Assembly: GCA_024654505.1 (NCBI GenBank)
Contig: JANLHN010000003.1
Location: 167,037-231,036, forward strand
DNA from: Nanobdellota archaeon
GTDB taxonomy: Archaea; Nanobdellota; Nanobdellia; Pacearchaeales; GW2011-AR1
Reading direction: 5' to 3'
DNA: 64,000 nucleotides
In this document: positions 17,081-25,925 of the stretch, one piece after another
How positions within the stretch are numbered: position 1 is the first letter of the stretch
Layout of the letters: each line of letters opens with the position of its first letter
The notes under the pieces: generated by a model
The model's input: the letters and a program-made list of their open reading frames with translations, nothing else
What the model was told of the DNA's origin: nothing
The model's database searches: none
Program-made: the position numbers and the translations under genes

Positions 17081-18076
17081 CTAATCTTCTTTTAGAGATT
17101 CTGATTCGTCTTCTTTTTTATCTTCTGCTTGTTCCTTTAGAAATTTAAGTTCTTCTTCTTTTTTATCTAATTTTGCTTTTGCTTCTTCATGATTCTCTAC
17201 ACTCTTTAGGGCTTTTAGTTCTTTTTCTTCCTCGGCTAATTTTGCTTTTGCTTTTCTTACTTCTTCTTCTTGTTTATCGTCTCCCCTTAGAGTTCTTAGT
17301 TCTTTTTCTTCCTCGGCTAATTTTGCTTTTGCTTTTCTTACTTCTTCTATTTGTTTCTTCCCTTCTTTTATAATCTTTATTTCAAGTTCTTTTTTTCTTA
17401 TTTGTTCTTGAATCTTTTTTAATTCTCTGTTGCTTGCAGGAGTTGCTACATCTATAACACTTGAACCTTTGTAAAACATCTTTACTAAAAGGAAAACAAA
17501 AACAAGTGCAAAGATTATGCCTATAAACCAGATATATCCCTTTAGTGAACCATCATTATTTGTAAAAATTGCTTTGCCAGTTATTGGGAGAATCTCTTCT
17601 TCAACTACATCTGCTGGAACATCAGTGGTATTTTCTACAACAGATTCTTCCTCGGTTATGTTCTCTGGAACCTCGGTGACCTCTTCGACAATTGGTTTTT
17701 CCGCCACTTTTTTTGCTAACTCTTCCATTGCTATAGCATCAATATTCATAATACACTCTCCATTGGAAACACACTCAAAGAGTAATGGATTGGCAGTGCT
17801 TCCCTCAAGGCTTGCATCATTTACCTTACTGGTTCCCTTCCAGATTCTTATTTTATACTTGACATCTGGTTCATTCAAGGAAAAGAATGTTTTTGATATA
17901 CGCCCCTCTCCATCTGCAGTGCCCCTTAACTCATTTAAATAGGTCCCTCCATCAGAAGAGAATATTTCAAAGACAACATAATTGCTTGGTTCTGTTATTA
18001 TGGTTATTGGACCATTCATGGCAAAGACGCTGCTAAAAAACATTAGGAAGAGGAATGCTATCAACAGCTTTTTCAT
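17081..18076 (-). CDS. Secreted/membrane-anchored coiled-coil protein with internal 27-aa tandem repeat
   Basis: Signal peptide LLIAFLFLMFFSSVFA. Mid-protein TM segment IWFIGIIFALVFVFLLV. C-terminal EEVRKAKAKLAEEEKEL repeated. Confidence 0.5.
   Translation of the reverse strand: MKKLLIAFLFLMFFSSVFAMNGPITIITEPSNYVVFEIFSSDGGTYLNELRGTADGEGRISKTFFSLNEPDVKYKIRIWKGTSKVNDASLEGSTANPLLFECVSNGECIMNIDAIAMEELAKKVAEKPIVEEVTEVPENITEEESVVENTTDVPADVVEEEILPITGKAIFTNNDGSLKGYIWFIGIIFALVFVFLLVKMFYKGSSVIDVATPASNRELKKIQEQIRKKELEIKIIKEGKKQIEEVRKAKAKLAEEEKELRTLRGDDKQEEEVRKAKAKLAEEEKELKALKSVENHEEAKAKLDKKEEELKFLKEQAEDKKEDESESLKED
17217..17378. repeat. Two copies of an 81-bp in-frame tandem repeat inside the 17081..18076 gene
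   Basis: AGTTCTTTTTCTTCCTCGGCTAATTTTGCTTTTGCTTTTCTTACTTCTTC recurs at 17217 and 17298. Confidence 0.7.
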
Positions 18077-18152
18077 GTTTGGGAGAGGCTTTTGTTATTT
18101 AAAAAGATTTCGTGAGTGGAAAGTATAAAAAGAAGGCTAGATTTGATGAAAA

Positions 18153-18290
18153 ATGAAAAAATGTCCAGTGTGTAATTCATCTCGATATGAGGTTGTTGAA
18201 GGTAATCATTGTTGTGCGAGGTGTGGTTATGTTAATAAGTCTGTGAAGAATGTTAATAAGGAACTTAAAGAAAAAGATTATCCATCCTGA
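18153..18290 (+). CDS. Small zinc-ribbon protein (45 aa)
   Basis: Hand translation MKKCPVCNSSRYEVVEGNHCCARCGYVNKSV... with CPxC ... CxxC. Below the ORF-track cutoff. Overlaps the 3' end of the convergent 18278..18907 gene by 13 nt. Confidence 0.35.
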   Translation: MKKCPVCNSSRYEVVEGNHCCARCGYVNKSVKNVNKELKEKDYPS

Positions 18291-18907
18291 AGGTTAAATA
18301 GGGCCTCGTGGGCCCGCACTAAATCTATTTTATTTATATAGACTACAAACTCTGGAGGAGATACTACGATTTCCTCGATGTTCACATCACAAAGACTTAT
18401 TTCCCCAGAGATTCTTGCGAGAACACCTTTTGTTTTTATGGCTTTTGGATCAAGAATTAAACTTATTTCTGAAAGCCCATCCCTAAAGGAAATAATGTGT
18501 TTTTTACTAAAGAAATTCTTGGCCAAGTCTATTAGAGAATTATATAAAATAATCTTTGTGGAATTCTCCCCTGTAATGACTTTTAGCTCGTGTGTCTTAA
18601 CTTCTGGAAGAGAATACCATTCAAAGAGCGGAGCAGATTTTTTTAGAACAATACAGGCAATATTACTTCTTGTCTTTATCATCCCTGCTTTAAAAATTTC
18701 CCTTAGGTTTTTCTCTTTTAGAGATTTTTCAGATTCAGAGTCGTACCTTCTTATGGCGCTGAGAACAGAATCAAGGGATGTCTTAAGATTGTATTTTTTT
18801 ATTAAATATACGGCGAGAGCTCTTGAATTGAGAACCCCCCTCAAGATATTTTTTTGTATGCTTAAGTCTTTGTCTATAATATTTTGAACTAGTTGATTCA
18901 TATTCAT
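18278..18907 (-). CDS. Hypothetical protein (possible ACT-like regulatory fold)
   Basis: 209 aa ORF with no diagnostic motif. Call is based on coding density. Confidence 0.4.
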   Translation of the reverse strand: MNMNQLVQNIIDKDLSIQKNILRGVLNSRALAVYLIKKYNLKTSLDSVLSAIRRYDSESEKSLKEKNLREIFKAGMIKTRSNIACIVLKKSAPLFEWYSLPEVKTHELKVITGENSTKIILYNSLIDLAKNFFSKKHIISFRDGLSEISLILDPKAIKTKGVLARISGEISLCDVNIEEIVVSPPEFVVYINKIDLVRAHEALFNLQDG

Positions 18908-19043
18908 AGTTAATTAAAGTAGAAGAACTATATAAATCTTCTGAAATATGTCAAGATTATAGTTTTTTGGTCAAAATAGGTATTTTTTTGTTATTTAGGT
19001 CAATAAGTATTTAATACTCTTTGTATTAATATTATAGAATAAC

Positions 19044-19415
19044 ATGGAAGAAACAACAGACTTAAGGGTTGCGGGGCCCCAACTTACTCGGGAGAGTGTT
19101 CCCCTTAGAAAACTTGAGGGTTTAGCAGGTTCTGATGATGACGGAGCTCTTGATAAATTTGCAAGAAGAATAGTTAATGATGGAGGGATTCATTGTGATG
19201 GTTGTGGAGGGCGTACGAGGAAGGTAGATATGACAATGGTCTACGCTGGAATAGTTGTTGTTGCCTTTGAAGATTGTGTACATATTAGAGAATATGTTGT
19301 TCCTGGTTCAGAAGTTAGAAATAATGTTCATTTTGTCCGAGTCCCGGGAGGGTTTAGAGCCGTTTATGGAGAGAAACCTAAAGAAAAGTTACCCCCTTAT
19401 ATGACTCGGGGATGA
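19044..19415 (+). CDS. GC-rich hypothetical protein (compositional outlier) adjacent to tRNA-Val repeat scars
   Basis: 123 aa. GC is ~50% against a ~33% background. Contains HCDGCGG. No family recognised. Confidence 0.3.
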   Translation: MEETTDLRVAGPQLTRESVPLRKLEGLAGSDDDGALDKFARRIVNDGGIHCDGCGGRTRKVDMTMVYAGIVVVAFEDCVHIREYVVPGSEVRNNVHFVRVPGGFRAVYGEKPKEKLPPYMTRG

Positions 19416-19431
19416 TTATTTTATTTGGATA

Positions 19432-19556
19432 GAGAATGGCCCCACCAAGAATCTTCTCACAAAATGCATTTCACAATTAATATTTTTCTGTTTGATTGTT
19501 CAAAGCGTTTTGTTCGCCTTGGGCACCCAAGTTCGAGAATGGCCCCACCAAGAATC
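19432..19556. repeat. 22-nt direct repeat GAGAATGGCCCCACCAAGAATC (19432-19453 and 19535-19556). It comprises the last 17 nt of tRNA-Val plus 5 flanking nt, duplicated 103 nt downstream
   Basis: Exact match. The intervening segment carries an inverted copy of the tRNA T-arm 5' side (TCGAACTTGGG) inside the hairpin CTTGGGTGCCCAAG. Confidence 0.75.
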
Positions 19557-19614
19557 GAACTTGGGCATTCTCGGTGTAAACGAGATGTTCTGCCATTAGA
19601 CTATGGGGCCATAG
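19544..19614 (-). tRNA. tRNA-Val (anticodon TAC)
   Basis: Reverse-complement fold. Acceptor GGCCCCA/TGGGGCC, discriminator A. Anticodon stem TCTCG/CGAGA, loop TTTACAC. T-arm CCAAG-TTCGATT-CTTGG. 71 nt. Confidence 0.75.
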
Positions 19615-19664
19615 CTCCGTTGTCTTCATGAAACATCTATGATGTTCCTTTAGACTATGGGGCC
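19615..19664 (-). repeat. 50-nt unit upstream of tRNA-Val: a copy of the tRNA 5' 15 nt plus a variant of the conserved hairpin module
   Basis: The minus strand reads GGCCCCATAGTCTAA + AGGAACATC-ATA-GATGTTTCATGAAGACAACGGAGCTAT, then the real tRNA. Here the hairpin stem is AACATC/GATGTT, replacing AACGGC/GCCGTT while keeping pairing. Confidence 0.8.
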
Positions 19665-19734
19665 GTTTAGAGGAGAACAAATTCTTTGCTTTTAAAACTT
19701 ATGATTGGGGAATAGTGATAACATTTAAATAAGA

Positions 19735-21615
19735 TTGATTCAAAATATAGATATGGACAAAAGCCATAAGAAATTATCTGAGAGTGGTTCTGTAGAGCAA
19801 AATTTGGCTAAAGATTATGTTCCCAAATCTAAACTTGGAAGTCTTCCAATGTCTGAGAGTATTGATGAAACATTAAAAAAGAAAATGGATGCTACCCAGA
19901 AAGGAATTATAAAATTTAAGGATGAGCTCACAAAAAAATACAAATTTATTGAAGTGGTTGGAATAATTCCTGCTCAGGCTGCTCAAAAGATAGAAGAGGA
20001 GTATGAAATTTCTGAAGCAGATACTAAAAGGGGCCTTATCCACTTATTGATTGTAATCCCTGAAAAACATTTTAAGAACATTGGGAAAATTCGGCTTGAT
20101 GCTATTGATATGGCTAAGAAGATTAACGATAAGTTTTGGGCCCATATAATGACCCCTGTTGATATTTGGAATTTAGGTCTTGACTCTAAATTTGATGTTA
20201 TGGAAGCTATTTCTATGTCTTATCCTGTTTTAGATAAGAATGGATTACTTGGTTCACTTAGAGTTACACAAATCCATAAATCTTTGGTATTAAGGAAATT
20301 TGAAAAGTATGTAACAAGTTATGTTATTGGGGGTTCAATTGTCCGTGGAGAAACTACAAAAACTTCGGATGTGGATGTGTTTGTTATAATTGATGACACG
20401 GATGTTAAACGAATGCCTCGACTCGAATTAAAAGAGAAGCTTAGGGGGATAATTTATTCTTATATCCAAGAAGCAGAAACAATGTCTGGGGTGAAAAATA
20501 AACTGTCTCCTCAAATTTATTTGATGACTGATTTTTGGGATGCTGTAAAAGATGCTCACCCAGTTATGTTTACTTTTATCAGGGACGGGATTCCATTATA
20601 TGACCGGGGGGCATTTTTGCCTTGGAAATCTCTCCTTAGAATGGGAAAGATTAGACCTTCTCCCGAAGCAATGGATATGTTTATGTCCTCAGGAGATAAG
20701 TTAAAAGAAACTGTTGAACGAAGAGTCTTTGATATTGCAACATTAGATTTATTCTATGGAATTTTTACACCAACCCAAGGCCTTTTGATGCTTTATGGAC
20801 AAGCACCCAAAAACCATAGAGAAACTGTTAAGGCATTTAGAGAAACTTTTGTAGATAAAGAAAAAATGATAGAGAAGCGATATGCAGATATTCTTGAAGA
20901 AATTGTAATTGAGTATTTTAAGGGAATGGAACATGGAAAGTTAAAACCGGGAGATGTTAGTGGAGCAAAGTTAGATGAATTGACAAAAAATTCTTTGGAT
21001 TATATAAAAAGACTTAAGGAACTCAGAGAACAAATTGAGAAGAGGGTCCAGGAAAAATCTATTGAGCAAGTCTATGACGATGTTTTTGGAATGCTTGGTG
21101 CGCTTTTAAAGAAGAGTGGAGAGGCTGCAATAATAAAAGCTTTTGATGAAAAACTAGTCAAGGAAGGAAAATTCCCTCCAAAATTCTTGAATAGTTTAAG
21201 GTTGATTTCCCAAACAAAAAAGACAGTGGTTAAAACCTGTGGAGAAACTGGAAAAAAGAAGGATCGTAGTTTAACTGCTAAGCAGAGTCGACATGTAGAT
21301 AATGCAAGAAAGTTAGGATTAGAAATTACAAATGCTTTGGTAGAATATACTCAAAGAAAGGAGATTGCATCTTTTAATAAAGTCCGATTTTTACTGAAAG
21401 GAAGAAATTCTGATGCAGAAATTCTCTTTTTAAAAGAGACTTTTATTACCCAGGGTGGGAAAATTCAAAAGATTTCTAATGGAAATGTGGTTGATTCTAC
21501 TCCAGAAGAGCTTGAAGAACAGATTGATTCTCAAAAGGGAACGGGAGTCAAGATTGATTTTAAGGCAATGGACGTCTTAAAGAAGATGTTTGGGGAATTT
21601 GAGTTGATTCAATAA
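19735..21615 (+). CDS. Large nucleotidyltransferase-domain protein (Pol beta superfamily NTase core with extended helical C-terminus)
   Basis: IGGSIVRGETTKTSDVDVFVIIDD is the GS-x(9-13)-DxD minimal nucleotidyltransferase signature. It is flanked by ~250 aa N-terminal and ~300 aa C-terminal helical regions. Confidence 0.55.
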   Translation: MIQNIDMDKSHKKLSESGSVEQNLAKDYVPKSKLGSLPMSESIDETLKKKMDATQKGIIKFKDELTKKYKFIEVVGIIPAQAAQKIEEEYEISEADTKRGLIHLLIVIPEKHFKNIGKIRLDAIDMAKKINDKFWAHIMTPVDIWNLGLDSKFDVMEAISMSYPVLDKNGLLGSLRVTQIHKSLVLRKFEKYVTSYVIGGSIVRGETTKTSDVDVFVIIDDTDVKRMPRLELKEKLRGIIYSYIQEAETMSGVKNKLSPQIYLMTDFWDAVKDAHPVMFTFIRDGIPLYDRGAFLPWKSLLRMGKIRPSPEAMDMFMSSGDKLKETVERRVFDIATLDLFYGIFTPTQGLLMLYGQAPKNHRETVKAFRETFVDKEKMIEKRYADILEEIVIEYFKGMEHGKLKPGDVSGAKLDELTKNSLDYIKRLKELREQIEKRVQEKSIEQVYDDVFGMLGALLKKSGEAAIIKAFDEKLVKEGKFPPKFLNSLRLISQTKKTVVKTCGETGKKKDRSLTAKQSRHVDNARKLGLEITNALVEYTQRKEIASFNKVRFLLKGRNSDAEILFLKETFITQGGKIQKISNGNVVDSTPEELEEQIDSQKGTGVKIDFKAMDVLKKMFGEFELIQ

Positions 21616-21645
21616 GTTTTTAAATGAATTTCTCACATAATAAAC

Positions 21646-21912
21646 ATGGTCACTGGACGAGTTATACAATTTAGGCGAGGAAGAAAAAATTATACTCCTA
21701 GACATTTCCTCATAGAAGTTGAGGGAACAGATACTCGGGAGAAGGCGGCAAAGTTCGTCGGAAAATCTGTTTCTTGGAAGAGTCCGGGAAAAGAACCAAA
21801 AGTGATTAATGGGAAGGTTTCTTCAGCTCATGGAGGGAATGGGGTTATTCGTGCAATTTTTGAAAGAGGTTTACCTGGTCAAGCAATTGGAACGGAGGTT
21901 GTGATTAATTAA
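21646..21912 (+). CDS. rpl35ae: Ribosomal protein L35Ae
   Basis: GRVIQFRRGRKNYTPRHFLIEVEG...GKSV.W....K.I.GKV...HGGNGVIRAIFERGLPGQAIGTEV matches the conserved L35Ae pattern. Typical length of 88 aa. Confidence 0.8.
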   Translation: MVTGRVIQFRRGRKNYTPRHFLIEVEGTDTREKAAKFVGKSVSWKSPGKEPKVINGKVSSAHGGNGVIRAIFERGLPGQAIGTEVVIN

Positions 21913-21913
21913 T

Positions 21914-22453
21914 ATGGCATTAAGAAAGGCTTCTGCTTATAGTAAAAATTATGCTTTGCCTTATACTCGTAAGTCTAAAACAAAGTCGAAATCATATATT
22001 AAGACTATCCCAAACTCTAAGATTGTGAGATTTAAAATGGGAGATATAATTGGTTTTGATGGGGGGAAGTATTCTACCATAATTAAGATTAAATCTAAAG
22101 AGAGATGCCAGATTAGAGATAATTCAATTGAGGCTGTTCGACAGTATTTGAATAGATTTCTCCAAACAAAGATGGGTAAGGACTTTTATTTAGAAGTAAA
22201 AATTTATCCACACCATGTTTTAAGGGAAAATAAAATGATTACTGGTGCAGGTGCTGACCGTATGCAGACAGGTATGGCTCGTTCTTTTGGTAAGACTGTA
22301 GGGAGAGCTGCTTTAGTTGTTCCCGAACAAGTATTATTTATTGTTGGAGTGAAGCTCCTAAAGCATGAAATTGAAGCAAGAAAACTCATTAGTGCAATCA
22401 AAGCCCGATTGCCTTGTAAAGTTGGAACTGAGACTTTTCGAGCTAAACCTTAA
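21914..22453 (+). CDS. rpl10e: Ribosomal protein L10e (uL16)
   Basis: ENKMITGAGADRMQTGMARSFGKTVGRAALV is the conserved L10e core. N-terminal YSKNYALPYTRKSK. 179 aa. Confidence 0.8.
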   Translation: MALRKASAYSKNYALPYTRKSKTKSKSYIKTIPNSKIVRFKMGDIIGFDGGKYSTIIKIKSKERCQIRDNSIEAVRQYLNRFLQTKMGKDFYLEVKIYPHHVLRENKMITGAGADRMQTGMARSFGKTVGRAALVVPEQVLFIVGVKLLKHEIEARKLISAIKARLPCKVGTETFRAKP

Positions 22454-22477
22454 AAACTTCTAATCTTAGTTATTTTT

Positions 22478-23557
22478 ATGAAAAAATTCTTTGTTTTGGG
22501 TCGTAATCCTACACTCTCGCGTTTGGAAGTTTTATCTTTTTTGGAAGCTAGGAAGAGGGAGTATAAAGAAATTTTATTCGATGAGAATCTTTTGGTCTTG
22601 GAATTTCCTGGTGAGGAGAAGGTGAATGTTCAGGAGTTTGGAGGTGTTTTAAAAATTGGAGATATATTATTTGAGGGTGAAGAGAAAGATTTTAGAAATT
22701 ATTTAGATGGTGAAGAGATTATACCTTCAGATAAATTTTCTTATTCTATTTTTGGGAATGGAGACGAAGATTTAATTAAACAGAAGTTTAAATCTGAAAA
22801 GAAAAAGGCTGTATTAAGGCGTGGCCGTAATCGTATGAAAATGCAAGAGGGTTCTTTTTTGAATGTGGGAAATGCTGATTTTTCTTTGTTTTACTATAAA
22901 AAAAATGATATGGTCCTATTTGGTTTAGTTAATCAAGACTATAATTACGAGCCCGTTAAGGACCGTGATATGAACAAACCCGTTCGAAGAGAGGAATTGG
23001 CTATTTCCCCAAGATTGGCTAAAATTCTAATTAATCTTGCAGGTTCTAAACCAGGTTCTTTGCTTTTAGACCCCTTTTGTGGGATTGGAGGGATATTGCA
23101 GGAATCTTTAGTTAAGGGCATTAAGTGTTATGGTATAGACCACAATCAGGAGGCAATAAAGGATGCCGAGAAGAATCTTAAATGGTTATGTGGAAAGTAT
23201 AATATTAGGGGAGATTACCGGCTAGAAAATATTGATTCTCGTAAGGCCCCCGATCTACAGTTTGGTTCTATTGCAACAGAGACCCCCTTAGGGGTTGTTT
23301 TACGTAAGAAACCTAATGATAACCATGCCAAGAAGATAATCCTTGATTTTGAGGCTTTAATGATACCTATCCTTTTGAGACTTAAGAAAGTTAAGAAGCC
23401 GGGTGCTAAAATATCAATTACTTTTCCTGTGGTTAGGGGTTTCCATGTTAATGCCGGGAAGGTTGCCGGGAAGGTTGGATTAAGGATACTTAACGGACCT
23501 ATTTTAGAATCTCGTGAGGACCAGTTCATTTCTAGAGATATTGTAGTTTTTGTTTAG
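22478..23557 (+). CDS. SAM-dependent RNA methyltransferase (Trm11/Trm14/UPF0020-like, putative tRNA guanine-N2 methyltransferase)
   Basis: Motif I LLLDPFCGIGGILQES and downstream YGIDHNQEAIKDA (motif II region) match the UPF0020/Trm11 class. The N-terminal ~150 aa could be a THUMP-like domain. Confidence 0.55.
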   Translation: MKKFFVLGRNPTLSRLEVLSFLEARKREYKEILFDENLLVLEFPGEEKVNVQEFGGVLKIGDILFEGEEKDFRNYLDGEEIIPSDKFSYSIFGNGDEDLIKQKFKSEKKKAVLRRGRNRMKMQEGSFLNVGNADFSLFYYKKNDMVLFGLVNQDYNYEPVKDRDMNKPVRREELAISPRLAKILINLAGSKPGSLLLDPFCGIGGILQESLVKGIKCYGIDHNQEAIKDAEKNLKWLCGKYNIRGDYRLENIDSRKAPDLQFGSIATETPLGVVLRKKPNDNHAKKIILDFEALMIPILLRLKKVKKPGAKISITFPVVRGFHVNAGKVAGKVGLRILNGPILESREDQFISRDIVVFV

Positions 23558-23604
23558 ATTATTAAAAGCGAAACCTTTATATACTTATTTCTCCAAGGTA
23601 TTTC

Positions 23605-24021
23605 ATGGAAAAAACACCTATTTCACAAGGAAATACCTGGAATACCTCAGGAGATATTGAAGCTATGGGGACTGGAGGAGTAGACTCTCTTAAAGAAGCT
23701 ATTGAGGAGGTAGATGAGTTAATTAGAAAGAGAGAAATTCTAAGTCAGAGGTTTCTTGCTGAGGGAGAAAAAATGAAGACAAAGATTAATAATTTCTTGT
23801 CTGAAAGTGCTCCTAAGGGAGATGATGATTCTGAATTTGCTCGTGAACGGGCAGAGCTTAGAAAAAAACAGATTGAAATTTCTGAGATGCAATTGAATGA
23901 AACTGTTGGTGCCTGGAGAGATATCGCCCTTTTGAAAAAGGAATTAAGAGATAGAACCAAGGAATTACATGAAAAAACTAGTAGGGCTGAAGCTCTTGGA
24001 AGGATTATGGAGGGAGAATGA
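23605..24021 (+). CDS. Coiled-coil hypothetical protein, translationally coupled (ATGA overlap) to the downstream ATPase
   Basis: 138 aa, highly charged and helical. Its stop overlaps the start of the 24018 ORF by 4 nt. Confidence 0.45.
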   Translation: MEKTPISQGNTWNTSGDIEAMGTGGVDSLKEAIEEVDELIRKREILSQRFLAEGEKMKTKINNFLSESAPKGDDDSEFARERAELRKKQIEISEMQLNETVGAWRDIALLKKELRDRTKELHEKTSRAEALGRIMEGE

Positions 24022-25925
24022 CATTTCAACACCCATTAACTGTTGAAGAAATTTGTAATAAACTTCGTCCTGTTTATGGAGATAAAGTAGATAAGATTTA
24101 TTTTCAGTATACCGTAGCAGAAAGTAAAGAAGAAAAGGAAGAAATATTCCATTTTTTGAATGCATTATATCAAAAGAACCTAAGTAAACTTCTTGACACT
24201 GGTGTTTTGTTAGAACCTCCTAGAGAAGAGATGATTGATGGAACTTATGAACTAGGGACGGTAAGTTATGCTAATAGGAGACTTTTTCCATTTAAATTGA
24301 GGGAAAAAGATTGGCCTAGGCATGTTTGTATTACTGGGATGTCGGGTTCTGGAAAAACGACTTTGGCTTTTAGTATTGTAGATGCTCTAAAGAAAAATGG
24401 TAAGCCTTTTTTGATTTTTGACTGGAAAAAATCTTTTAGGCCGTTGTTAAAAGAAGACCATTCTTTATTATGTTTTACTGTTGGAAATGATTTAGTTAGT
24501 AACTTGTTTAAAACAAATATAAATCAGCCACCAAGAGGGGTTGCTCCAAAAGAGTGGATTAATGTTTTGGCGGATTTATTGACTGAATGTTTCTACGCAT
24601 CTTTTGGTGTTCATAAAGTTATTTTGGAAACTCTTGATGAGGCATTTAAGGAATGGGGAATTTATAATGGATCTCTTAATTATCCTACCTGGAATCATAT
24701 TAAGTGGAGGTTAGAAGAAAAACTAAAGAAACAGACGGGTAGAGAAGGTGGTTGGTTAGAGTCTGCCCTAAGAATTGCTACAGTACTAACTTTCGGAGAA
24801 TTTGGAAAGACGGTTAATTATAAGGGAGAGAATAGTGTTTCCGTAGAGGACCTATTGAACCAAAGAGTAATTTTAGAACTTAATTCGTTAGGGAATATTG
24901 AAAAAACTTTCTTTTGTGATTTTGTTTTAATGTATATTTACAAATTGAAAAAAGTTACACAAACAGAAGTTAATCACAGTTTTGATCATGCAATTATTGT
25001 TGATGAGGCCCATAATATCTTTCTTAAAAGAGAGACTAATTTTGCTAATGAATCTGTAACTGATATGATTTATAGGGAAATGAGAGAGTATGGGACAAGT
25101 CTTATTTGTTTAGACCAACATATTTCTAAAATATCGGATACAGTTAAGGGAAATAGTGCTTGCCATATGGCTTTTCAACAGCAATTACCTGCAGATGTTT
25201 CAGACATTAGTGATTTGATGCAACTTTGGGAGAAAAAACATTACTTCTCTCAGCTACCTGTTGGAAGTGCGATTGTAAAACTTTCTGAAAGATATACAAA
25301 ACCCTTCTTAGTAGAGGTTCCATTGGCAAATGTTAGGAATTTTGATGTAAATGATGTAGAAGTAAGGAGTAGAATGAATGCAATGAGTTTGACTAAAGAT
25401 TTCGAGAAGAATATCGACGAGGAATTTAATGAAGAAATAATTCAACCAAGGCCTGTCTTTGAAGAATCTGAAAAAGTTATTAGTGATGAAGAAACAAAAC
25501 CAAGAAATATTGGAGATATTTTATATAATTTTGTTATTGGTTACTTAAATAAAGGTGTTGAACTCCATGAAGTTGAGAAGATTTTAGAAGAAAGTAAGTC
25601 TCAAGGTGGGTATACTTCTGAAGATATAATTAAGGTCATCAATCGTGTCTTTGAGGAACAAGGAAAAGTAAAGTTTAAAAAAGAGGAGTCCCCTAATAAT
25701 CTTGGCGATGGATTAAATCAAAATCCCGATAGGCAAGAATTCCTTGAATTTTTGCAAAAGAACCCGAACCATAATTTTAGTACAGTTGAACTGTACAAAC
25801 AAATTGGTCTTTCCCCTAGGAAAGGCACTAAAATAAAAAAGGAGCTCGAAGCCGAAGAGCTCATTCGGGTTGAAGAAGAAAAGAATGAGAAAGGTTGGAA
25901 GAAATATATCCGCCTCGCTCGTTAA
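24018..25925 (+). CDS. HerA/FtsK-superfamily P-loop ATPase (DUF87 'AAA-like' domain) with C-terminal winged-helix domain
   Basis: Walker A CITGMSGSGKTTLA. Walker B AIIVDEAHNIF. Domain order and length are typical of HerA/VirB4/TraC-like DUF87 ATPases. The C-terminus ELYKQIGLSPRKGTKIKKELEAEELI is HTH-like. Confidence 0.65.
   Translation: MTFQHPLTVEEICNKLRPVYGDKVDKIYFQYTVAESKEEKEEIFHFLNALYQKNLSKLLDTGVLLEPPREEMIDGTYELGTVSYANRRLFPFKLREKDWPRHVCITGMSGSGKTTLAFSIVDALKKNGKPFLIFDWKKSFRPLLKEDHSLLCFTVGNDLVSNLFKTNINQPPRGVAPKEWINVLADLLTECFYASFGVHKVILETLDEAFKEWGIYNGSLNYPTWNHIKWRLEEKLKKQTGREGGWLESALRIATVLTFGEFGKTVNYKGENSVSVEDLLNQRVILELNSLGNIEKTFFCDFVLMYIYKLKKVTQTEVNHSFDHAIIVDEAHNIFLKRETNFANESVTDMIYREMREYGTSLICLDQHISKISDTVKGNSACHMAFQQQLPADVSDISDLMQLWEKKHYFSQLPVGSAIVKLSERYTKPFLVEVPLANVRNFDVNDVEVRSRMNAMSLTKDFEKNIDEEFNEEIIQPRPVFEESEKVISDEETKPRNIGDILYNFVIGYLNKGVELHEVEKILEESKSQGGYTSEDIIKVINRVFEEQGKVKFKKEESPNNLGDGLNQNPDRQEFLEFLQKNPNHNFSTVELYKQIGLSPRKGTKIKKELEAEELIRVEEEKNEKGWKKYIRLAR

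Noticed and set aside
18908-19043. C/D-box sRNA candidates in intergenic regions
   Set aside because: I searched for RUGAUGA...CUGA pairs at ~12 nt guide spacing in the larger intergenic regions. The only UGAUGA occurrences are inside coding sequences.
19425-19680. ORFs 19425..19631 (+) and 19477..19680 (-)
   Set aside because: They overlap tRNA-Val and its flanking repeats and are spurious.
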